NCBI GenBank assembly: GCA_001179505.1
Contig: CDMY01000301.1
Span: 62,001 to 126,000 of the forward strand
Direction: 5' to 3'
From: Vitrella brassicaformis CCMP3155
Taxonomy: Eukaryota > Protista > Chromerida
Length of the DNA: 64,000 nt
The first letter of the stretch is position 1, and each line of letters begins with the position of its first letter. The notes beneath the pieces are model-generated. The model worked only from the letters and a program-made list of their open reading frames with translations. It did no database searches and was not told the origin of the DNA. Below are positions 11,166-24,966 of the stretch, in pieces. Both the position numbers and the translations under genes were made by a program.

Positions 11166-14139
11166 TTAGCAAAGTACGCTACGCCGGAGGGGCGGGTCTT
11201 TTCTTGCCGTGCCTACGTGCGAGTGTTGCGCCTCCTCTGATGCAGGCGAGCCACACGGACCTACAAACATATGATGGCGCACCGAATCACCCAACCGGAC
11301 TGCCAGTGATTTTGTCCTGAGGACGAATCTATCTGTGGTCTGTCTGCTTACCTGTTCGAGCGCCTGGGCTGTGCGGTCACTGGCGTGCCGCATGGTGCTC
11401 TCTATGCTATCTGTGGTCACACACACAGGTAGCAAACACGAGGTAGGCAGGCCCCTTGTGGCGTCAGTGGGTTCCGTGCATCCATCAATCAGCCAAGTGG
11501 GCTGGGTTCCTACCGATGTAGTTTTGCTGCTGGCCCACATGCCAATTCAGTTCCTGATACAACTGATGAATGCCTGCAGCCAGGCAGGCAAGGCAGGCAG
11601 GCAGAGAGGCAATACGTACGGCAAGGAAGGTGTGTGAATGTGTTGAGTGAGCACGTGTGCGGCTCACTCACCCTGAATGTCGCTTTGTATTTGCTGAAGA
11701 CCTTCCTGTCTGGCTCGGATGACATCCTCCTGCAGACTGTCCTCCGCCAGGGGCTGCAACCTGATGTCACACCCGCACCCACCCACATAGGATATGGCAT
11801 CCACCCGACTGACTGACTGATTGTCTCTGCGGTGCGTCTGCTGTCGTGTCCTCTGCCTGTGTGGCAGCCACACAAACCGGCTGCCTCCCTGCCTCCCTGG
11901 AGACGAACGACGAACCTGTGTTGTGCGAATGGGTGGCGGACGAGTTTGTCATCGACCTCTGAGGCGTGCAACCCATATGGATTCACGAACACTGGGTTGG
12001 GGACCCTCCAATCGCGCGCAGTCCCGTCGTTACTGTCGCCATCTACGTCAATAGACCCACATACGCACAACCGCACACCAAGACAGACAGACAGATACAA
12101 ACAACAACGGACCACCACTCGTCAGTCAGCACGAGCCCTTCAGATGCCCGCAAATAAATGGTGTGTTCACCTCACCCCCTGTGTATCGCCACGAAGAGCT
12201 ATGGCAGTCACTGCTATCCTCATCTGCACCGCACCCACCCCACACATCCAAACCAACGTGGATTGATTGGCGTGTCTGCCGATCTGTGTGTGTCCGTGCC
12301 TGACCTCCTCCCTCCTTCCCTCCCTTTTTTTGTTCATTTAGTCCTTACTTGTGCTGGTTGCTGAGGGGAGGACAGGGAGTGGCGATGATGATGAGTGAGA
12401 GATCTCCACATCGGTGTCGCAGGCCGAGGGCGAGTGGCGATAGTCACCCAACAACGGCTGCTGCACCATCACGTCCACCGTGGGGCTGCCCTTCACACGC
12501 GTATACCTACACACACACACCAATACATACGTACAGACGTACGTACATCACACAACACAACACAACACAGTACAACGAGCTCCCTCCCTCCCTCCATGCA
12601 ATGCGCACCCATCGCGTCGGGCGTGTGTGTGCATCCCTCCCTCCCTTCCTTCCTCCCGCGCCCGCTCACCTGGTTTGCTGGATGTTTGGTTTGGTGGTTT
12701 TGTCTTCGACGCTGAATGGGTTGGGAGGGGGGGTGTCGTGGCCGCCATTGCGACACGACGGGGGGGCCCGCTCCGTGGGGTCCAACAGCGTATACCTATC
12801 ACAGAGGGGATACCATGCACACACCAACAAGACAGACAAGGGACAGGGCAGGGCAGGCACACCAGCCAGCCCAGCCACCCGTGTGCACACTCCATCCATT
12901 CAATGATCCCGGTCAGGGTGCAGTGCGGTGCTGTGCTGTGCAGTCGATCTCCCGCGCCGCGCCGCGCCCACCCTTCGGATTCTATGCTAGCGATGCGCTG
13001 CTGTGAGTCGCGGCGATGAATCACCTGGGTCAACGTGTACTTCTCTGCACGCCCAACCACCCACACACCCAGCCACCAATGAACGACGCATACAAACATG
13101 GGAGTTCACTCCGGCGGCATAGCTAGCGTAGGTGTGCAATGCAATCAATATCTCTCTCTCTATGTATCTTTTCATCTGTACGTACGTACATACCCCTGAT
13201 GACGTGCGTTTCTGCGATTCGCTCGAGGTCCTGACCAAACCAACACACACAGGACAGGCAGACGATAGATAGATACCATACGATTGATTGTCCTTGGCCT
13301 CCGGGCTGGCTAGATACACACATACGTACTTACTTGCAAGGCCTTGGCGTATGTCGCCGTCAACTTCTTGTGCACCAAACGGCGCTGCGACTGACACACA
13401 GAGGGAGGCAGCGGAAGGCACAGGCAGGGAGACCACGACAGACCACCAGTAAGTATGCCATGAATGCATTCGTGCGTTCGTTGCCTTGGTGGTTCAGTCA
13501 GTAGTGACTGGCTGGCTGACCCTTTCTGTCGGATTGTCTCCTGTGATTGCGGAAAAGCGCCTGAGGATACCCTGCGTCTCAAGCGCCAAATCCTTGGCAG
13601 TGTTCATCTTGGAATGCCTGACCGACCCGACCAACCCCATCCCATCCATCCCCCAACAGACAAGACAAGAGCAAAGATCCCCACAGAAGCCCCCCGTGGC
13701 CGCCTCTCTGCTGATCGGTCAGGTGGCTTACAGCGCTGCCTGGAACTCGGCACGTTCATGCGACTGGACGGGGCGAGCACACTGACCGACCGACACACAC
13801 ACACACAGACAGACGTACGTACATAAAGACCAATCATGAATGGCATTGGGCGTGGGTGGGTGTGCATGTGGAGGTAAGGAGGGAGGGGCCATGGAGGGTG
13901 CGGTGTGGCTTGCTTACCAGCTTACTGATCTCCGCTGTCTTGGCCTGCAACTGCACCCACACACACCGCCACAGACAGGGTTGAACACTCATCCAGCATC
14001 GGCGTGTCCGAGTGGCCTGCTTGCTGTGGCTGCCTGTATCTGCGTGTCTGACCTGTTGGATGTACTCCTGTACGTGCCGGGCACCTTCGGCCGCTGCCTC
14101 CACATCCCGCGGGCTGTCAGGCTCAGCAACAAACGACAT
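11166..14139 (-). CDS. Hypothetical multi-exon protein (may be more than one gene)
   Basis: A series of short GT-AG-bounded exons separated by microsatellite introns, starting MSFVAEPDSPRDVEAAAEGARHVQEYIQQ (ATG 14139). No recognisable domain; the exon joining is tentative. Confidence 0.4.
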
Positions 14140-14282
14140 CGTCACAGTGGATGAATGAATCAAACTAGGATGCAACAAAAGGCCAGGCTCTGCCAACCAC
14201 AAGAGTCGCTCTGGCAGATCTCCCAAAAAGCTCGCAATGATTTTCGGTGTCGCCAGCTGAAGGAGCGAGTGTGCGTTAGATC

Positions 14283-15604
14283 ATGGCTCAAAGCAAGTAA
14301 GAGCGATTTCCCCCTGTGCTGTGAGTTCGCAGCACGAGTCATTGGTGCGCGCTCCGCCTGTGTGTCTGTCCCTCTCAGGACCTCCCATGAGTTCTTGGCT
14401 CAGAACAAGTACATCATTATGCATCAGCTGGGCGCTGGCTGCTTCGGCAAGGTGAGGCTCCATATACTTACTTATACGAACCGGGCTTGGCTTACCGGCT
14501 GTCAGTGCAAATGGTGATTGATGTGCGGTGGGTATGTGGCTGCACCAGGTGTTCAAGGCCCGTCGTCGCTATACGGGTCAGATCGTAGCGCTCAAGTTCA
14601 TTCCGAAGCGTGGCAAGACCGACCGTGACTTGAGCAGCCTGCGGCAGGAGATCAACATCCTCAAGCGGCTGCGGCACGACAACATCATACTCATGCTCGA
14701 CAGCTTCGAGACCGCCGAGGAGATCTGTGTCGTCACCGAATTCGCACAGGGGGAGCTATTCGATGTCTTTAGGGACGAAAAGAAACTGCCCGAAAATGAG
14801 GTGGGCAGGGGTCGGTGGCTGTGCGGGTGGAAAATTCGGGCGTGTGTGTTGCGTGTGCGTCAGGTTCGTTGGATAGCATCCCAGTTGGTGTCTGCGCTGC
14901 ACTATCTGCACCGCAACCGGATCATTCACCGCGACCTGAAGCCGCAGAACATCTTGGTGGGCGCCAACCGTGTGGTCAAGGTGTGTGACTTCGGGTTCGC
15001 GAGGGCCCTCTCCGACCAGACCCACTGCCTGCACTCCATCAAGGGCACCCCACTCTACATGGCACCTGAACTCGTACAAGAAAAGTCTTACGACGTCAAA
15101 GCTGACCTCTGGTGTGAAAAACAGTCAAGGGGCCGGGAGGGAGGGAGGCAACGGGGACCTTGGCTTGGCAGGGAGCTTGCGGGCAGGCAGGCAGGCAGGC
15201 AGTCTGGCAGAAACACTCAGCCATCCAATCCACTGACCTGATGTGTGTGTGTTTGTGTGTCTTTCTTTCTGTCTTATGTGTGTGTCAGGTCGCTTGGTGT
15301 GATAGTATACGAGTTGTATGTGGGGAAGCCCCCTTTCTACACCCAGTCGCTGTACAGTCTCATTCACATGATCGTACAAAACCCCGTCACATACCCGCAG
15401 ACCATGAGGTACCTACCGAGGGAGGGATACACACCACGAGGGTCGCCTCGCCACCCACCCAATGCTGTCTGTCTGTGTGGGTTGATGTGATGCAGCCCCA
15501 CGTTCCGCAGTTTCCTGGACGCCATATTGCAGAAGGACCCGACCAATCGGTTGCCAACCGAACAGCTGGCCAAGCACCCATTCATCGCCACTCATGCACG
15601 CTGA
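14283..15604 (+). CDS. STK36: Fused/STK36 (TIO)-family Ser/Thr kinase, kinase domain only
   Basis: Spliced product: MAQSK|TSHEF...LGAGCFGK|[23 protein letters not shown]...[17 protein letters not shown]...[11 protein letters not shown]...[10 protein letters not shown]...CDFGFAR...[26 protein letters not shown]|[17 protein letters not shown]...[41 protein letters not shown] and YELYVGxPPFY are typical of Fused kinases. Confidence 0.88.
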
Positions 15605-15893
15605 ACGGACAGCATGAGGACGTCGGTCTGTCGGGTGGGCGCTTGTAATGGTCTGGGGTGGTTCGTAGGTAGGACGGGCGGTGGCTCTTGTGAATACATA
15701 CACATCTTGATATACATGGTATCTCATGTGGGGCGGGGTTGGAATGCCCAGTCGATGCAATGTACCCAATGTACGGATCTATGCATGTATGTATGTATCT
15801 ATGTATGTGTTTATGTACGTATGTGCATGCACATCTGTGATGGATGGACGGATGGATGCCGGAGCAAGAGCCAGCCAGAAGAGAGCAGCTTAA

Positions 15894-18044
15894 TTAGCTA
15901 GGTCTATCGACGGGGGCGATGATGCCTCTTTGTGTGAAGATGGACATGAGTCGACTAAGCTTCTCTTCCGCGGCTCTCGTCAGTACAAATGCCTCCTCAC
16001 TCTCCATGCCACCTGACGTGACACAGACACAGACACAGACACAGACACGTATATGAATAATGAGACACACGTCTACCCATGTGTTGTGCACTGAATGTCC
16101 GTGAGAGAGGTGACTGACCTTGCAGCGCCCAGTCAGAGATGCGTTGGGTCTGAGGGTCGACACGAATCATGTCCCAGTATGCCTGGGCGGGCCTCTCACA
16201 GGGGGCGTCGGGCCTGTCGTCGTCTCGGCCGGCCAGAATGGCACGTACTGCACCAAGTGACGCCTGTCTGCTGCACATTGCTGGCGGCGCGGCGCCCTGA
16301 TCACTCGAAAAGAAAGGCCTGCACGACACGATAGATATGAACACGATCGATGGACGCACAGATTGACGCATCCGATGGCCGGACGGCGCCGGCCGACCTG
16401 TGTTCTCTCTTCCACAGATGGCTGACGACCGACTGCAGCAAATCCGTAGGATGGAAGTACATTCACTGACTACACTGGTGGATCGTCTATTCACCTGCCT
16501 GTCTGTATGTGCGTCCGCTCGTTCCATCCGTACGTACCTTTGTTGGGCAGTAGAAGTCCCATCCGTGCCGGAAGAGCAGAAGCGTCATGACCTACAAGAA
16601 GGTGGGCACCCCACCACGAATGCGGTGCCTGCACTGCACAAGAAGCCCCGCTTCTGCACCGCTGGCACTGACCTGTTCCTCGCCGAAGAAGATGTCCGGC
16701 AGGGGGACGTAGGGCACCTCACGCAACACGTCCGAACGACCGAACCAAAACCCTTCACAACACCAACACCACAGAGAGAGAGAGAGAGAGAATAGAGAGA
16801 GAGAGACCTCACAGCATTACCTCGCGGCATTTCCCGTGTGGTGGCTGACCTGCTGCCCAGAAGAGCGAGGGGCAAGGGGAAGGCAGATGTGAAGTCAGCA
16901 TCCGACTGCAATGCGCATCAACATGCCTCACGCATGGCAAGGGAGCTGTCTCTCTGCATCAGACAGGCATCCCACCCACCCACCCACCCTTTGGTGCGGA
17001 GCAGGCCGTTCTCATCAAAGTGCGAGGCGCACAGCAGCACGGGACGAGTCTCATCACTGACATAATCCCAGCCGACCCCATGTGGATAGGCGGGCGGGTA
17101 ACTCGTCAAGATTGGCTTGGACGAGGGACACCGGCCAAGGTCCTACACACCATACACACAGATCATCCAACTAACACCCACTCAATGAATGAATGCATCT
17201 CATCTAGCCCAGTCACTTAACCCGCCTGTGTCGTTAGTTATTGATTGATTCACTGACCCACCTCACCTCCAGCAGGAGGGTGTCCCATTTTGGACGAAAC
17301 CTGAGGGAGTGAGAACCAGGACAGACCCCCACACAGTGTCTGTATGCAGACAGACGTCCTGGCGTCGTGGCTGCCTGTCTTCCTTCCTACGTGCGTACCT
17401 CATGTGGCTGTCTATCGCCAGAAGGTACGGCTCGCCCTCCCACAGGAGCTGCGCCAAGTGTCGCGCCCATGCCGGACCCCTCGCAGCCCCCTTGTCCAGC
17501 ACCAGCACCTTCAGATACCCGCACTCAAAGCGGAAAAGGGGATGAGGTGCACGAGCACGTGGGCGGCAGGCTGCAGGCCCATGCTGAGGGTCATCTTGCA
17601 CTGTCGATGACCCACCAGAAGCTCTGTCGTCCTGACGTCCTGGCCCAGCCGTGCGGTGGCTTGGCCTATGAGATCCTAGCCACTTGGCCCTGAGTGCAGG
17701 ATTGAAGGTAAAGGATGTGATAAGATCGTCAGCCGCAGTCTTGTCTTTGTTTCGCAAGTCGCCTGCACGCGGACGAAGGGAGGGAGAGGCGGCATGATAT
17801 GATACGAGTGAGTGCACCTTGCCAGACGCATCCAAAGGAGATCTCGCGCGGGGCATCTGCTTGGTGGATGGCAGACTGAAAGAAACGCCACACACATACA
17901 CATCACACAACCAACGAGAGGGAGCATCTGTGAGAGGAGGCAGGATCTTCCCACACGATTCATGCACACCTGTATTGTCAAGGGAAGCTCGTCGTCGCGG
18001 TAAGACGGGATGAGTACGAGGATCTTGCGCATCGCGCTCGGCAT
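15894..18044 (-). CDS. gnt1: GT60-family polypeptide alpha-GlcNAc transferase, cytosolic Gnt1-like (Skp1-hydroxyproline GlcNAc transferase)
   Basis: Exons: KILVLIPSYRDDEL, AARGPAWARHLAQLLWEGEPYLLAIDSHMR|FRPKWDTLLLE, TSYPPAY...PVLLCASHF, EVPYVPLPDIFFGEEQ, LLLFRHGWDFYCP. These match GT60 (Pfam GlcNAc) motifs SYRD, DSH and PY.PL..FFGEE. No N-terminal signal anchor. The 3' end assignment (15894) is less certain. Confidence 0.82.
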
Positions 18045-18096
18045 CTTTGCTTTCGAGCTCGCATTTCAGGCGATCGGTGGGAAAGGTGGCAGGCCC

Positions 18097-19449
18097 ATGT
18101 CGCTTGACGAGACCCCCGAGCATGTGACTCTAGAGCGCGTCTTCACCTTCTTTGAGCCCTTGGATCTGTGCGTTTTGGCAAGCGTATCCAGGGCTCTGCG
18201 CGGCCTCTCGTAAGCGTGCCCCCTCCCCCCCCAATGCGCTGCACAGCCGTACACTGCCTGTCGTGTGCCCCTTGATTTGCAGAGAGCGGGACTCTCTTTG
18301 GAGCGTCTTATGCACCTCTCTGTGGCAGGGCAAGGCCTTTGTGGCGGAGAGGTTCCGGCAGACCCCGAGCAAGGCCAGCTACCGCGGATCACTGGCCGAC
18401 AAACATCGTGACACCATTACGCGTGGCGAGCTGTGCTCACTGACGTGGCACTTCCGCTTCAAGCGAGATGCGGGCGAGGAGTGGACAGATGCCGATCCGT
18501 ATTGGAAGAGGGGCTCGCCCATGCAATGGAGCTTCCGGACAGACGGAAAGATGGAGCGGGCGGACGACCATCCCGAACTCAGAGCGAATGAATCGGTTCG
18601 TGGAGGGCCGGCCTGCGTCGGCCGACAGCAAAGGAGTGGGCTCGGTGCACTGCACAGCCCTCTGTCTGTCTGTGCCTGGTATATTTTGTGCAGGAGGTGC
18701 GGCGTTGGAAGTTCACGAGGGTATCATGCGGTGCTCGTGGCCCCAAAGGGCGCTTTGTCAAGGTCGGCCGTTTCCCAGGTATGTGTGTCATCCATCACAC
18801 AGAAACAGACACAGACACAGACACAAACACATGGGCGCACGCAGGATCCGCCTCTACACCAGGCCAGTGGACGAGTTGTGCGTGGCTCTGTGTTTCTGTG
18901 AAAACGGTGATTCAGCGTATGTCGTGTCGCGTACCGCCAACTGGGGGTGGCTGATGGAGAGCTGCTGGGTGGTGCTCTACAGCTTCCCCATTTCCCCCTA
19001 CAGCCAACTGCCAAACGAGTACCGAGACGAGGGCCTGAAGGTCGATACGGACCTCCAGTGGGCAGTAAGCACGACGGCAGAGCACAAGCCTGCCTCAGAG
19101 GATCCGATCACACACACACTCCCCACATCCGGTCCATCTCTCGTGTTGTTCTGCAGGAGGCGTTCCTTTACAACAATGCACTGAATGTGCCCCTGCGTTA
19201 CCTCCTGCAGGACGGAGCCGACTCAGAATACGAGCCAGAGACAGGTCAGCGGGTCGGTGGGTGGGTGAAAACAGGCAGGCAGGCAGGCAGGCAGTTAGTT
19301 TTGGTTCATGAGCGAGATCCCTGCGTTGAGTGTATCCATTGGTGTGTGGTGTGTGCATGGCAGAGGGTCGATCGGCCAAGCGGCGGGGCGGGGCCAGGAC
19401 AAGGGACAGCAAGCGGCGAAAGAAGAGCAGTCCGAAGGCCAATGGCTAG
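18097..19449 (+). CDS. F-box protein, multi-exon
   Basis: The N-terminus MSLDETPEHVTLERVFTFFEPLDLCVLASVSRALRGL..RDSLWSVLC fits the F-box pattern (LP.E.L..IF..L...DL.....VSR.......D.LW..LC). Later exons give WHFRFK..AG..W...DPYW and VSRTANWGWLMESCW. Stop TAG 19447-19449 assumes a phase-1 last exon. Confidence 0.75.
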
Positions 19450-19903
19450 CAAGTCCGTCCGTCCGTCTGTCGAGACGGACAGGCACAGCACGGCGTGGGC
19501 TGATTTTTGAGCCTGTGCAGTGCATGTACGTACGGTACATGCAAGAAAATGTTAGTTGAGTCCAGCGAGTCGACGGCATCCATGTTACGCGTATAGGGAC
19601 ATTTGGCATGACGAACACTTATGCATCGATCAATTTCCTCATACCAAATGGACGGACATCGCTGTGTTGATATTAGGTTTAAGTGAATCAGCGGTGTTTG
19701 ACTGATTGATTGGCCGTTCGTAGATCCATGAACGAATACCGTCTGTCCATCCATCCATCCATCCACTCATCCGTCCGTCCAGCCCACATGTCTGTCACGC
19801 CACGCGAGCCACTCATGCACAATACACTGTACAGCTCTGCCCGCAATGAACCGTCCACCCACCCGGTCACGCAACGTGTCCTTGGATTAGCCAGTCAGCT
19901 GAG

Positions 19904-22330
19904 CTAGGTCTCTTCCTCGCCATCAGTCAGCCCTCCACGCATGTCTATGTCTGACTCTTCCTTGTTGATGGCTATGTCTAGCTGTGCACCCTGTCCCGCT
20001 GCTGCTGCTGCTGGTGGTGCCTGCTGTGTGTGTGCAGTCCTGCGCTTCTTGGCCACATGAGTGTCGGCGGGCCCAGAGCACACGTAGTCGATCGCTGTCA
20101 TGCCCAGGTTGTCCTCTGGGTTCCAGAGGTCCCTGAGAGGGGCCTTCTCGGGGGCATGGTGCAGCATCTCATACCGCAGCGCCTCGAAGAATCGCACCTG
20201 CACACACAGACACATATGCATACATACATGAGTGGGGGGTGGGGTGGGGTGGGTGGTTTGGTCGCTCAGCTCACGACGGGCCTGACGAGGTCCCTCTCTT
20301 CCTGGTAGTTGCTGTGGGCCATCCGGTAGAGGATCTCGTTGGGCCCCTCGTGGTCCTTCAGGTGTTCCCTCAGCGCAGCACCAGACAACTCCCAAAACCT
20401 GCATGCCGCCACACCCACAGAAACAAACAAAGAAGAGGACGTCTAGTATGGTATGCGACGTCGGGATGGATGGGTGGATCGATTGACCGACGTGTGTTTC
20501 TTGGGCTGGGGTGGTCCGGTGCGGTGTGCAGTGCTATGGTCCCACCACTCACTCGATGCAGTGCGACAGGACATGTTTGCCCAAGGCGGCCAGCCCATCT
20601 GCGGCGATGGCCGGCGTCACCAGCACCGGGTGGGTGTCCTTGCGCTTGTGCACCTTCACGCTGAACACCTACAACCATCAGTTCAGTAGTTAACACACAT
20701 CACGGCCATTCACTCATGGATCAGTCAGCCGGCACACATAATACAATACACAGACGTGCAGTGCATCTGTCCATTGTTTGCTTACGGCGCTCTCCCCGCC
20801 GATGTGGACGGTGCTGACGATACGGTAGGAATCGCCCCTGCTGGGAGCCCCCTCAAACATGCTGCACACACACACACACACAAATACAATTACGTGTTTG
20901 TCCCTGGGTGAGTGAGTGAGTGGACAGCACTTACAACTTATCGTGTGTTTCGAACCAGACGTGACTGCTGCTGTTGCTGCTGTCGGTGGTGCCGGTGGTG
21001 CCGGTGGTGCCGGTGGTGGTGCTGGAGGACATCTGGGCAGGGTCGGGCGGCTTGGGGTAGTCCTTGGCTGCGTACCGACTCGGCACCAACTCGCCGCTCG
21101 GCGCAACACGCCAAAACTGACAGACAAACAGAACGTCCAATAGGCGATATGCCCATGTGCGCCATGGAGTGTCTGCATGAGTGAGTGAGTGATTCAGTGA
21201 GTGAGGAAGACAACGCAACGCACCGCACCTCGGGTGGAGTCTTGGTGAAGCTATTGAGCAGCCGATACAGACGCTGAAACTTGAACTCTGAGTTAGGAGG
21301 AACGGCTGTGTCCTTGCCTGCATGCAGGCAGGACACACACACCCACACACAGGCCAGCATATGCAAGTGAGATCATTCTTACACTTTCATCTTATCCCGT
21401 TTCCGGCATGCTGTGCTGTGAATATCGTGCTATGGTTACGTTTGATCTTCTGCGCCGTCCATTTGCGGTCTATGTTGACCCAGAATTGGTCAGTGTCCTC
21501 GAACTGGTCACGGCCGAATGCACCGGGGTCCTTCTGAACGGCCACCGTCACCCCGCATGGCAAGGGCCAATCGTCCGGGAGAGCAGCGACGAACGCGGCG
21601 AAGCCACCGGTGGCTGATGACCTGATCCATACAGACACATGCAAAGCACAGACTCACTCAGCCCAAGCGCGTATGTGGGTGGGCGTGGGCAGCTGGTGCG
21701 TGTGCGTGTACATCTCCTCAATGGGTGGTGCGAGCATGTGTAGCGACGAGTCCTCCACCGAGTCGAATGCACCTGTATATATGGATACAGACAGACGATT
21801 GGGAGGGATCAAGTCGAGTGCACCATCAATTGACAGCCTCTCCCCCTCTCTCTCTCCCTCCCTCCCTCCCTCCCTATCTCCCTGCTCTTGTCAAAGTTAC
21901 CGTATTCTTCGATAGTCAGGTCATCCTGGCCCCATGTGCAGCGCACCGTGAAGCCCTTGCCCGCCTCGACGGTGACCTCCCGCACCATGTCGCGCATCTC
22001 GGTCGTCCCGTCGCGGCGCATGAAGAGGAAGGCAAACCGGATGGTGGTCGACGGGGTGAGGCAGAAGATGTGCGCCACGGTACAGCCGCCCCACGCTCCA
22101 TCAGCACCCTCGGCGATGTGGAGGGGGATGGGTCTCTTCCCTCCCCCCAGATACGGGTGCTCGCCCACCACCGACAAGATGGCGTGCTTGCGTGGGATCT
22201 GATAGACACAGCTGCGGGCATCAATCTCAAAGCAAACCACTGCAGGGGCGAGCGTGGACGGCGACGCCATGTGATGGGCTCTGCGCGCCTGCACGCGTAC
22301 AAGGGTAACAAAGACAGCGTGGGCAATGCA
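19904..22330 (-). CDS. Hypothetical multi-exon protein (5' extent uncertain, possibly to about 23200)
   Basis: GT-AG-bounded exons with coding-like composition, e.g. FWELSGAALREHLKDHEGPNEILYRMAH, VRFFEALRYEMLHHAPE and the ORF 21809-22294; a (TTG)n-like Thr/Gly tract near 21000. No known domain recognised. Confidence 0.4.
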
Positions 22331-24014
22331 TCACGACGCAGGAAGAAGGCTATTCTCGCAACGCACCTGCGTCAATTGCTGCTGCTCACATAGGCATCAA
22401 TTAATTCATAGTCGCCTTACAGACCGCCGCTGCTTCCGCCCCGGCACATGGAGCGGCCTGTCTGTCCTTGTGCGGCTTCAAGTTGCGAGCCTAACTTCGA
22501 TCCGGACTTCTCGTTCGTTGTTCTTGAGATCTGGCTCTCTGTGGCTCCCCCCGCCCTCAGCACGGCTGACGTGGCAGGTGAGGTAAAAGAAAGAAAGAAG
22601 AAGATCCATGGAACATGTTGCCAGATGGCGTGTCGCGTGGCGTCCATTGCGTCCCTCCCTCCCTCCCTCCCTCCGCTCGGCCATCAATCCATGCCGGCCA
22701 GGTAATGATGTCGAGTGGTGCTCTTCGAATCTGTTGAGCATGTGTCATCTGTTTTTCCTTCAGGGGAGGCCTCGGGTGATCTATCAACCATCATTTGTCG
22801 CTGCTGGTTCTGGCGTTGAATTGCAGCACACAAGAACGCTCACTTTGAGAGCCAAGCCCTCCCGTCGAATCACAGCCGTTCTTGCCTGTGCGTGTGCGTA
22901 TTCCTCTCTCACGGGGCGTCCGTCCGCTGAGGCGTCCATCAACAAGCAGGCAGCTGCCGCCCCACCCCCGCTCGACCGGCTGGGGTGGGCTGACCTCTGC
23001 AGGTCGACTCACCTTGGCTGGCCGAGGATGGCCGGCCTCTCACTCGACCGGTGCCTTTGAGTCGACTGGTGGACTCCGCCTCTCAGCTGACGGACTGCGC
23101 CTCTCTGCTGACTGACTCGATCGCCGATGTCCCACAGTGCAGTGCCCTTCTTCTCTTCCCAGGTGGCTGCAGGCGACATGCGGTCATGGGAGCGTGGCGC
23201 AGCTGAGCGGTTCCGTCCCCTCGTTCAATCAATGCAGCGGTACGCATTTCCGTGGCCGACAAACTGAGGAGAGATATGTGGGTGCAGTGCGGTGTGCGGT
23301 GCAGTGCACGTGGGGGCGGGTTGTGAGCAAGCCTAAGGCAAGTGGTCTGACTGCCTGCCTGCCTGCCGATGGATGTATATATCCGTGACCTCGTGAAGTG
23401 GACGCATTGCATGGATGGCCTATGTTGTGTGTCGTGTGTGAATCGAATCCAGGTCGCTTTCTGTCCCTTCCATCTATCCCTACGTCCGTTAATTTGCACG
23501 AGTCAGTCAATCACACCATTTCTGTCTGCCTTGTAGGTCTGTCCGTCCACTCCCCACCTCCCATGCCGCACCCCCCACACACAACCCCCCACACACGCCC
23601 CCCCTGCCAGCACTCGCTAGTTATCCCACTGCCCCTATCCTAAAGCTAACTCGGAGAGCGGCCAGAGAACTGAACAGCAATGGGCTAGCTAACTAGGCTG
23701 TCAGAGGTGGTGTGATGTGTGGGCGTGAAGGGAGTGCAACAGAGAAACCAAAAATATCACCACATCCATCCACTCATCCACTCTCATGGACACTGTACAG
23801 CTCCACATATGAAGGAGGACACCCCCACAACACAGACAGACAAACAGATCACCCATCCATCCACCATCCATCCACACGTGGTCTACCCCGGCCGTCCGTC
23901 CACCCCTGTCTGCCCCTTCCCATAAGCTAGCTCACTTACAAAGCGGCCAGAGGTCAACAGCAGCAGTAGACAGACTACCTAGGAGGCGCGACACACGTGG
24001 GATGGATGAATTAA

Positions 24015-24966
24015 TTACATGAAGAGGGCGCTGACGCCCTCGACCGCCTCCCTGCCGGCGTGGGCGATGTTGATGGCGGCCAGCCAGAGGTTGTTGGCGA
24101 GGCCGCGCGCCGACAGGGGGCAGTAGTCCTCCTCCACCCTCACCGCCCACACATGCCCCGCCCTCTTCTCCCACTTGGCCAGCCGCCCGCCAAACAGCTG
24201 GGGGTCGACGTACCAGCCGTCCGGCCCCTCCCGCACGTCGCCGACGAACGTGCTGAAGGGGGCCTTCTTGCCGGCACACCAACCACCCTTGGCGGGGGCT
24301 GTGTGGGCCCTCTCCCTCTCCATCTCCCTCGCAGCCTTGGCCTTCTCCAGCCGGGCCTTGTCCACCTCCATACGGCGGGCCATGGCCGTCATGATGGCGA
24401 GGTCCTCCTCGCAGTCGGCCTTGATGGCCGCCAGGTATGCGGCGTCCTGGCGGCGGCGCTTCTCGGCCTCTATGAACGCCTGCAGCCAACGCACCACATA
24501 ACACCAGGACAATGACACCCGTTGTGAGGTGGCCTCTCCTCAGTCACCTCCTTCTCACCTTGTTGGCGGCGTCAATCGCGGCCATGTCCTCAGCCGTGTA
24601 GCCCATATCGGCGGGCTGCACAGAGAGAAGCCTTGCTTGCATGCGTGAATGCATTTGTGCCAGCACATCAGGTGCATCCCAGCATCAACACGAGTGAGCA
24701 CATCCCATCCACCACACGAGCCAGCCCATCGCATCAGCGCCCCACCAAGTCCTCAAGTACTTACCGTGGGCAGGTGGACGGGCATTGCAGCGGCCCTGTC
24801 GCTCACACGGGCCTCTTGGCCTTTCTGCTGCTGCTGCTGCTGACGACGCTGAGTGTGGTGTTTGCAGCAGAAACTCTGAAATTTGAGCTCGCAAACGACA
24901 AGCAGGAACAAAGACTCCGAAGGAGTTCATGTCATCGGCCGCCGCGGCATCGCCGGCCCTCATCAT
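24015..24966 (-). CDS. Hypothetical protein with a charged coiled-coil region
   Basis: Clean GC3-rich last exon 24015-24485 (AFIEAEKRRRQDAAYLAAIKADCEEDL...), a small exon near 24560-24615 and a first exon near 24760-24966. Start could be ATG 24966 or 24930. Confidence 0.6.
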
